Position numbers and translations under genes: made by a program | Notes under the pieces: generated by a model | What the model was told of the DNA's origin: nothing | The model's input: only the letters and a program-made list of their open reading frames with translations | Database searches by the model: none | Source: Candidatus Magasanikiibacteriota bacterium | GTDB taxonomy: Bacteria; Patescibacteriota; Patescibacteriia; Magasanikbacterales; GWA2-37-8 | Reading direction: 5' to 3' | Length of the DNA stretch: 60,248 bases | Assembly: GCA_016189025.1 (NCBI GenBank) | Contig: JACPGS010000012.1 | Span: 1 to 60,248 of the forward strand | In this document: positions 52,574 through 58,640 of the stretch, one piece after another | How the letters are laid out: every line of letters begins with the position of its first letter | How positions within the stretch are numbered: the first letter of the stretch is position 1

Positions 52574-53048
52574 ATTTCTCCACGCTCTCGTCAAAATAAT
52601 CCAGCTCAAGGCCCACCTGGCGGAACATGGCTTCGCTTTCGCCGCCGGCATGGTAGCGCTTTTCACAAACTACCCGCGCCAGTCCGGCATTAACAATCAT
52701 CTTGGCGCAGGCCGGGCAGGGGGTCATTTTGCAGTACAGGGTGCCCCCGGCAATCGCAATACCGAGTTTCGCCGCCTGCACCAGGGCATTTTGTTCGGCG
52801 TGGGTGGTGCGCAGGCAATGTTCGGTAATCCGGCCGTCTTCGTGGGTAACGCGCTTCATTTGGTGGCCGACATCGTCGCAGTGGGGGAGCCCGCGCGGCG
52901 CGCCCACGTAGCCGGTCACCAGAATTTGCTTATCGCGGGCAATCACACAGCCGCTTCGCCCGCGGTCGCAGGTGGCGCGGGTGGCTACGGCGCGCACCAC
53001 TTCCATAAAATACTTATCCCAGGAAGGGCGGGTGTAGTCAGTAGTCAT
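52560..53048 (-). CDS. Deoxycytidylate (dCMP) deaminase
   Basis: HAEQNAL and PCPACAKMIVNAG zinc-binding motifs. Confidence 0.9.
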   Translation of the reverse strand: MTTDYTRPSWDKYFMEVVRAVATRATCDRGRSGCVIARDKQILVTGYVGAPRGLPHCDDVGHQMKRVTHEDGRITEHCLRTTHAEQNALVQAAKLGIAIAGGTLYCKMTPCPACAKMIVNAGLARVVCEKRYHAGGESEAMFRQVGLELDYFDESVEKYDRQ

Positions 53049-53143
53049 ATAGCGGATGATTTAGCAACCATCAAGGCAGCGGAATTATAGCATAAATTCT
53101 GGATTTTATCAAGGGGCGCCAGCAAGACCTTTTTGCTATTATA

Positions 53144-53172
53144 AGCCAACCCCGACTTAGTCGGGGTTGGCT
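53144..53172 (-). terminator. Hairpin after rplA (cccgacttagtcggg family)
   Basis: agccaaccccgac-tta-gtcggggttggct. Confidence 0.5.
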
Positions 53173-53195
53173 GGGTTAAGGGGCTATCGTTAGTG

Positions 53196-53873
53196 TTAAC
53201 TTTCGCTGATTTTAATTGCCGGGCCCATGCTGGTGGCCAGTACCAGGTTTTGGATAAAGATGCCTTTGGCGCTGCCGGGTTTGGCGCGCTTCAGCGCTTC
53301 CAAAAAAGCCGCCAGATTTTCTTTGAGCGCCGCTTCCGTAAAACTCACCCGGCCGATTGCCACATGGACGTTGCCCGCATCATCGTTTTTGAAAGTGAGC
53401 TTGCCCCGCTTATGTTCGGTAATCAGTTTGCTGATCTGCGGCCCCACGGTATCGGTTTTCGGATTAGGCATCAGCCCCTTGGGCCCTAAAATTTTGGCGA
53501 TTACTGCCAGCTTGGGCATCATTTCGGGTAAAGTTACCGCAATGTCAAACTCAATTTTGCCGGTATCCTTAATCCGTTTAATGTCTTCTTCGCCGCATAC
53601 CAAATCGGCGCCGGCGGCTTTGGCTTCGGCTTCTTTTTCCGCCGGCACAAAAGCTGCCACCCGTTTGGTTTTGCCGCTGCCGTGGGGCAGCGCCACCGTA
53701 GAGCGCACCTGCTGTTCGCCCTTTTTGGTGTCAATGCCCAGCCGCGCATGCACTTCTACCGCGGCGTCAAATTTTACGCCGCTCGTTTGTTTAGCGAGCG
53801 CTATCGCTTCGTCCCAGGAGTAAACTTTGCGCGGGTCAACTTTTGTCCGCAGGGCGTCCATTCGTTTGGACAT
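53196..53873 (-). CDS. rplA: 50S ribosomal protein L1
   Basis: ..KFDAAVEVHARLGIDTKKGEQQVRSTVALPHGSGK.. is canonical L1. Confidence 0.95.
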   Translation of the reverse strand: MSKRMDALRTKVDPRKVYSWDEAIALAKQTSGVKFDAAVEVHARLGIDTKKGEQQVRSTVALPHGSGKTKRVAAFVPAEKEAEAKAAGADLVCGEEDIKRIKDTGKIEFDIAVTLPEMMPKLAVIAKILGPKGLMPNPKTDTVGPQISKLITEHKRGKLTFKNDDAGNVHVAIGRVSFTEAALKENLAAFLEALKRAKPGSAKGIFIQNLVLATSMGPAIKISES

Positions 53874-53950
53874 AAATTTTGGTTTTAGTGGTGCTAGCCC
53901 CCGAGGGGTCGGGGTCCCACTGGTTTAATCAGGTAGGGGTAAGTGGCAGC

Positions 53951-53979
53951 AGTATAGCAAAAGTTGAACGGTGCGTCAA
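53951..53979 (-). promoter_or_regulatory. Sigma70-type promoter candidate for rplA
   Basis: On the minus strand: TTGACG, 17 nt, TATACT, followed by a structured leader of about 75 nt (ccagtgggaccccgacccctcgggggctagcaccactaa). Confidence 0.5.
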
Positions 53980-54031
53980 GATAGCGGCTGTCCTGGACAT
54001 TGGAGGGAAGATTTAGTAGGTTAGAGGTAAT

Positions 54032-54514
54032 ATGCAACAAGCAGAACGACCCAAGTTTAAGTTATTCAAGGCGTCCGAATACCGCGTCGGTATTGCGGTC
54101 GCCCAATTTAATCGGGCGATTACCCGGCGTTTATTGGCCGGCGCGCGCGCTTGTTTGCTGCGCTACGGCGTGCCGGCGCGGCAGATTACCGTGGCAGAAG
54201 TGGCGGGGAGTATTGAATTGCCGGTGGCGCTGCAGGCGCTGGCGGAAACCGGGCGCTATAATTGTCTGGTGGCGCTCGGCGCGATAATTCGCGGCGCTAC
54301 GCCTCATTTTGATTATGTCGGTAAAATTGCCAGCGAAGGAATTCTGCGGGTAATGCTGGATTATCATCTGCCCGTTGGTTTTGGCGTGCTGACTTGCGAT
54401 ACGCTGGCGCAAGCCCGGGCGCGGGTGGGCGCTGGCGAGCAAGCTACCGAAGCGGCGCTGCAAAGCGCGCGGTTATTGTCCGAAGTTCGTTTAAGCCGCC
54501 AGCGGAATGCGTAG
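54032..54514 (+). CDS. ribH: 6,7-dimethyl-8-ribityllumazine synthase
   Basis: RVGIAVAQFNRAITRRLL..GAIIRGATPHFDYV.., with the SD gaggt upstream. Confidence 0.9.
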   Translation: MQQAERPKFKLFKASEYRVGIAVAQFNRAITRRLLAGARACLLRYGVPARQITVAEVAGSIELPVALQALAETGRYNCLVALGAIIRGATPHFDYVGKIASEGILRVMLDYHLPVGFGVLTCDTLAQARARVGAGEQATEAALQSARLLSEVRLSRQRNA

Positions 54515-54544
54515 TTAAGTGGTATTGGCGATAGAATTATAAAA

Positions 54545-54580
54545 CAAAAAATCCCCCCGATTTAATCGGGGGGATTTTTT
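54545..54580. terminator. Bidirectional intrinsic terminator
   Basis: aaaaaatcccccc-gattta-atcggggggatttttt is a GC stem flanked by A-run and T-run. It can serve ribH (+) and the minus-strand RNA candidate. Confidence 0.7.
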
Positions 54581-54584
54581 GTGA

Positions 54585-54911
54585 GAGAAAAATGTTCCTC
54601 CGCCGGGATTTGCACCCGGAATTCTCTGTGAGGGAGTGGGGATGTGTGGTACCTCGCGAATCAGCCGGAACATTCGTGGCCGGCGTGCCGCGCTTTTCGC
54701 AGGGCAGCCTCTCCGACGAAGCGGGCCGTAACGAGAGGGGAAAACATGGCTGTTGGTAAGGTAAATTTGGCCCTCCCAAAGCGTTTTGTCTAACTTAGCC
54801 GCCCTTCTCCTGGGCATACCCCCATGCTACTACCCAAAATGGTACGCCGGTGGGGTAAAAGACGGCCTCCCGATATTGTTAAAATTACGGGAGAACTACG
54901 GAGGAATATCT
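54585..54911 (-). ncRNA. Unclassified structured RNA candidate (about 320 nt plus terminator)
   Basis: The predicted 5' end (ttcctccg, 54899-54906) pairs with the 3' end (cggaggaa, 54595-54602). Multiple internal hairpins are present, and a tRNA-like 3' module CCGGG-TGCAAAT-CCCGG is followed directly by the closing-stem strand. No credible ORF. Confidence 0.5.
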
Positions 54912-54917
54912 GATGGT

Positions 54918-54946
54918 ACTGTAGCGCCCTGGTCTAGAAATGTCAA
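54918..54946 (-). promoter_or_regulatory. Sigma70-type promoter for the RNA candidate
   Basis: On the minus strand: TTGACA (54946-54941), 17 nt, TACAGT (54923-54918). Confidence 0.55.
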
Positions 54947-55150
54947 GAGGGGAGGGCAAGTAATTATGCACCTTTTTTCCACTTTTTATCCTCCACGCCT
55001 ATTTTCCATACACCTTTAATAGTAGTGGCGCCATTTTTTACACTATTTTCACTCTTTGGTCAAGATAAACGTGAAAAATTGAGGTAAAACGAGTAAATTT
55101 CACGGTTATAATGTGATTTGCGTGAGGAGTGAATTGCCCCGCCGCCGTTT

Positions 55151-56206
55151 TTAATTGGCGAGATAAACCGTTGATTTACCTTTGCCCGCCGCTTTGATCA
55201 TTTTTATTTTTTTGAGTTTTTGCAGATGCAATTGTGCGGTTCGTTTTGGGCAGGACAAAATATCCCCAACATCTTTAGCAGAGATTCTGCCGACTTGATC
55301 TAGGAAGTCAATAATTTTGAGCTGGTCGGGAGTAAGATAAATTTGCAATTTAATTTTTCCGTCAATCGCGTAGGCAGATAGGGACAGGATTTTATCTTTT
55401 ACATTATCAATTTCGTTTCTGAATCCTTTGACAAAATATTCTAACCAGGAAGTGATGTCAGTCCTTCGTTTGTCGTAATTTTCGCCAACATTGATTGCTT
55501 GGTAATAATCTCGTCGCTTAGTATTGTAATAATCTTCCAGCGCGAAAAGTCTGCGAAAATCGTAGCCACGCTGGTAAAGTATCAGTGTTGCTAAGGCGCG
55601 AGCGGTGCGTCCGTTGCCGTCATTAAAGGGGTGGATAGCCGCAATTTCCAAATGAGCTATCCCCGCCACTAATACCGGGCTGATTTCTTTTTGTTCGCTT
55701 GTTTTTAGCCAATTTACAAAATCTGCCATTAGGTTTGGAACCTGTTTGGCGTCCGGGCCGGTGTATAAAATTTCTTGCGGCATCCCCAAACGGCGGCGTA
55801 CTACATAAATTGGCCCGGGTCGGTAAGCCCCAGAAAATTGCGGAGCCAAAGTTTTGTCGGTAACAAGTTTATGGATTTTTAATATTACTTTTTCGGTTAT
55901 TGGTTTATGTTCTGCTACCACTTTGGCAATATATTTTAAGGCATTGAGATAATTTTTGACCTCGTAGATATCCCGATCGGGAGCGTCGATTTTTTTCTTG
56001 GCGTACAGCGCCTCCACCTGGGCCATGTTTAATTGGTTGCCTTCTATTTCAGTCGAGTGGTGAGTCATGCGGATAACGGCTTGCCGGCGCAAACGCACTT
56101 CTTGCTGGGGCAAAATTTTGGCACGATCAATAAATCCCTTGGTTTCGGCAATGGCGGTGAGGTTTGCTAAAATTTTGTTATTAAGTTTGTATTTTGGGAC
56201 AAACAT
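55151..56206 (-). CDS. Fic-family protein with internal inhibitory-helix motif and C-terminal wHTH
   Basis: Fic motif HPFNDGNGRTARAL, inhibitory motif STEIEGN ([ST]xxxE[GN]) N-terminal to it, and a C-terminal ..ISAKDVGDILSCPKRTAQLHLQKLKKIKMIKAAGKGKSTVY wHTH-like segment. The gene is AT-rich. Confidence 0.85.
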   Translation of the reverse strand: MFVPKYKLNNKILANLTAIAETKGFIDRAKILPQQEVRLRRQAVIRMTHHSTEIEGNQLNMAQVEALYAKKKIDAPDRDIYEVKNYLNALKYIAKVVAEHKPITEKVILKIHKLVTDKTLAPQFSGAYRPGPIYVVRRRLGMPQEILYTGPDAKQVPNLMADFVNWLKTSEQKEISPVLVAGIAHLEIAAIHPFNDGNGRTARALATLILYQRGYDFRRLFALEDYYNTKRRDYYQAINVGENYDKRRTDITSWLEYFVKGFRNEIDNVKDKILSLSAYAIDGKIKLQIYLTPDQLKIIDFLDQVGRISAKDVGDILSCPKRTAQLHLQKLKKIKMIKAAGKGKSTVYLAN

Positions 56207-56231
56207 ATCGCTTTTTTGCTACTCTAAACCC

Positions 56232-56283
56232 ATTATATCACAAAATCACGAATCGCGCAAGATTCGCGCAAGATTCGCGCAAA
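56232..56283 (-). promoter_or_regulatory. Fic promoter with a tandem 11-bp repeat array over the -35 region
   Basis: On the minus strand: extended -10 TGaTATAAT (+ strand attata at 56232-56237), preceded by three tandem cttgcgcgaat units (+ strand gattcgcgcaa x3, 56249-56283), each offering a TTGCGC -35-like hexamer. Confidence 0.5.
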
Positions 56284-56420
56284 GAATTTGCTAAACCGTA
56301 TTATCCATACGGTATCGCAGTTGCGTTAGATTCTGGAATCTACTTAACGTACGCGCATATACGATGTTGCGTCAGCAATATGGGAGAGGGCTTTGGAAAA
56401 GCCCGAACCGTATATGCGCT

Positions 56421-56997
56421 GTTAGCTGTTGTATTTGTTTTTCTTTGCCGCCGCGCACGGCGGCTGGCTTTAACAAATTAACGATTTTGTTTTTACTCAT
56501 TTTTGGCGGGGCAAAATGGAGCATAATTATTTATGTTTAGTTTACCAGGCTTGCATCCAGCATCCTAACCCAACGATACCGAACTGATCAATCATTAGGG
56601 TAGTTATTATTGGGACAATAATAAGCGTTAAGAATATTTTGGTATAGGATCTTTTTTTAGAAAACAAGTATATATTGATAATGCCGGTTATGATGACGAA
56701 AATTGCAAGGAAAATAGATGATGCTTCAAGACTTTGGTGGAATAATCCACTTAAATATTGGCAGCGTGAGTTGCCGGATCCAAACGTAGGAGAGAGACTG
56801 TTTAGATAAAAAAAATAAAGAGTAAACAAAACAATTCCGGCAGTTCCAAAATAATTGAGTTTCGGGTTCCACCAGTCGGTTATTTTAATTATTTTTTTCA
56901 TATTTCCCCTTTATAAATAAAAACAAAATCGTTAATTTTTTAAAGCCACGCCCGCCTCACAGCGGGCGAAAGAAAAACAAATATTGCAGCTAACTAG
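56421..56997. mobile_element. Cassette bounded by about 80-bp imperfect inverted repeats, carrying a small membrane-protein gene
   Basis: The left arm gttagctgttgtatttgtttttctttgccgccgcgcacggcggctggctttaacaaattaacgattttgttttta matches the reverse complement of the right arm (..taaaaacaaaatcgttaattttttaaagccacgcccgcctcacagcgggcgaaagaaaaacaaatattgcagctaac). Confidence 0.65.
56542..56901 (-). CDS. Small polytopic membrane protein (119 aa, about 4 TM)
   Basis: Hydrophobic segments GTAGIVLFTLYFFYL, SSIFLAIFVIITGIINIYLF, IFLTLIIVPIITTLMI. AT-rich. Confidence 0.55.
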   Translation of the reverse strand: MKKIIKITDWWNPKLNYFGTAGIVLFTLYFFYLNSLSPTFGSGNSRCQYLSGLFHQSLEASSIFLAIFVIITGIINIYLFSKKRSYTKIFLTLIIVPIITTLMIDQFGIVGLGCWMQAW

Positions 56998-57021
56998 TTT
57001 TATCTTAACTCTTCTGTAGTT

Positions 57022-58005
57022 TCATCGTACTCCCACCAGACGGCGGATTTCTGCTATTGTTTTAGCAGCTACGCTGCGGGCGCGCTCGGCGCCCTGGGCC
57101 AGGATTTCTGGGAGCTCGCGCGGAGACGCCAAGAGTTCGGCGCGGCGTTTCCTAAAGGCAGAAAAATAATCGCTCACCGCCGCCGCCAGCGCCTGTTTTA
57201 ATTCACTGTAACGGATATTGCCCTGGCGTTCGGCCTCGGCAAATTCCTGATAAATTTTAGCCGGGGCAAAAGCCTGCAGCAGTTCCAGCAGATTAGCGGC
57301 TCCGGGCGATTTCCCGCCGCCGGCGGTAGCGGTTACCGCGCGTTTTAATTTGCGCTCAATTGCTTTGGGTTCGTCCGCCAGTTCCAGCACGTGATCGGCG
57401 CCCAGGCTCTTGCTCATTTTTTTCTCCGGCGCCAGCAAACTCATTACCCGCGCCGTTTTGGTAAACAGGGGTTTAATCGGGGCAAAATAATCCCCGTAGC
57501 GCCGGTTAAAAGCGCGGACGATGTCGTTGGTAAATTCCAGATGTTGCGCCTGGTCTTCGCCCACCGGCACCAGCGTGGCGTGATACAACAGAATATCGGC
57601 GGCCTGCAGCACCGGATAATTGAATAATCCGGCGTTGATGTTTTTAGTCTGTTGTTCGGCCTTGTCCTTAAACTGGGTCATGCGCTGCAGCAGCGCCATT
57701 GGCGTTACGGTAGACAGCACCCAGCCTAGTTCGGTGTGCTCGGGGAGGTGCGATTGCACAAACAGCGTCAGCTGTTCCGGCTCCAGGCCCAGGGCAACCA
57801 GTTCTGCGGCGGTAATCATAATCTGGCGCCGGCGTTCCGCGGCAGTCATTTCGCCGGTTAGCGAGTGCCAGTCGGCAATAAAATAATACATCTGGTAATC
57901 GCCCAAGTTCTGCAGTTTTACTATATTCTGCAGGGCGCCCAGGTAATTGCCCACATGCAGATTGCCGGTCGGCTGGATGCCGGAGAGGACAATGGGTTTA
58001 GGCAT
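57022..58005 (-). CDS. trpS: Tryptophan--tRNA ligase
   Basis: GIQPTGNLHVGNYLGA (HIGH) and KMSKS motifs. ATG 58005 is preferred over TTG 58017. Confidence 0.95.
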   Translation of the reverse strand: MPKPIVLSGIQPTGNLHVGNYLGALQNIVKLQNLGDYQMYYFIADWHSLTGEMTAAERRRQIMITAAELVALGLEPEQLTLFVQSHLPEHTELGWVLSTVTPMALLQRMTQFKDKAEQQTKNINAGLFNYPVLQAADILLYHATLVPVGEDQAQHLEFTNDIVRAFNRRYGDYFAPIKPLFTKTARVMSLLAPEKKMSKSLGADHVLELADEPKAIERKLKRAVTATAGGGKSPGAANLLELLQAFAPAKIYQEFAEAERQGNIRYSELKQALAAAVSDYFSAFRKRRAELLASPRELPEILAQGAERARSVAAKTIAEIRRLVGVR

Positions 58006-58029
58006 AAAAAATAACAATAGCCCAGGGAT

Positions 58030-58293
58030 TTAATAGCGGCGATAGATATCGTGCGGCCCGACATCAAGCAGATTGATTTGGTCGGCAGCAGCGAATTCAA
58101 AAAGCACTCGGTATCCTTGGTTGAGACGAAAGGCCAGACATTCTTGCAGCCGGCCTTTGAGTTTATGCGTTTTGAGCAGGGGATGGCGCGGGTTGGTGAT
58201 GAAGATTGCTACTTTAGTTTTGAAGTCTGCTTGAATTACCGTTGGCAATTTTTGGTACGCCCGGGTGAAGCGCGACGAAAGCTTGACCAGCAT
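58030..58293 (-). CDS. RelE/ParE-superfamily type II toxin
   Basis: ..PRHPLLKTHKLKGRLQECLAFRLNQGYRVLFEF..INLLDVGPHDIY is typical of RelE/YafQ-like toxins. It starts 1 nt after the upstream small ORF. Confidence 0.7.
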   Translation of the reverse strand: MLVKLSSRFTRAYQKLPTVIQADFKTKVAIFITNPRHPLLKTHKLKGRLQECLAFRLNQGYRVLFEFAAADQINLLDVGPHDIYRRY

Positions 58294-58294
58294 A

Positions 58295-58555
58295 TCATGA
58301 CTCCAGCGCCGCAATTAGGCTTTTGGCAGTTTTGTGAGTAGTATAATTGCCTAAGGCATAATCAAGTCGCGCTTCATTGATAATTTCGTCAAGCGTCTCG
58401 GCGCGGTTTACTCTTTTCAGGGCATTGACGGCGATTTCCACCACGATCTTTTTTTCGCGGGGATATTGAGCCAGATAATGGAAAGCTGACAGGGGGATAT
58501 TTATCATTGCCTCACGGGTTTTTTTGGAATGTTTAGTAACAGTTTGAGTTTCCAT
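58295..58555 (-). CDS. Putative cognate antitoxin
   Basis: 86-aa ORF immediately upstream of and coupled to the toxin gene. Confidence 0.55.
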   Translation of the reverse strand: METQTVTKHSKKTREAMINIPLSAFHYLAQYPREKKIVVEIAVNALKRVNRAETLDEIINEARLDYALGNYTTHKTAKSLIAALES

Positions 58556-58640
58556 AACAATTAAAATTCAGTAAGTGAGAGGCTAGATGATAGGGTATCA
58601 TATCTGCCAAACACAAGCAAATCCGAGCAGATTTTAAGTA

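Noticed and set aside
53227-53823. 198-aa + strand ORF over rplA
   Set aside because: It is antisense to a canonical L1 gene.
54585-54911. tmRNA, RNase P RNA, SRP RNA, 6S RNA, or an intron-containing tRNA as the identity of the RNA candidate
   Set aside because: Each candidate fails a specific test. For tmRNA there is no GGGG acceptor with G3:U70 and no tag-peptide frame. For RNase P there are no GGAAAGUCC / ACAGAA..GGCUUA blocks. For SRP RNA there is no domain IV motif. For 6S RNA the length is wrong. For an interrupted tRNA there is no D arm or anticodon stem. A covariance-model scan is still needed.
54515-55019. ORFs 54515..54817 (-), 54537..54779 (-) and 54786..55019 (+)
   Set aside because: The products are low-complexity and implausible. 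One runs straight through the intrinsic terminator. The region is better explained as a structured RNA plus AT-rich spacer.
56249-56283. Tandem 11-bp repeats considered as a CRISPR array
   Set aside because: The units are directly adjacent with no spacers, only three copies exist, and no cas genes are present. They overlap a promoter -35 region. No CRISPR array was seen anywhere in the window.
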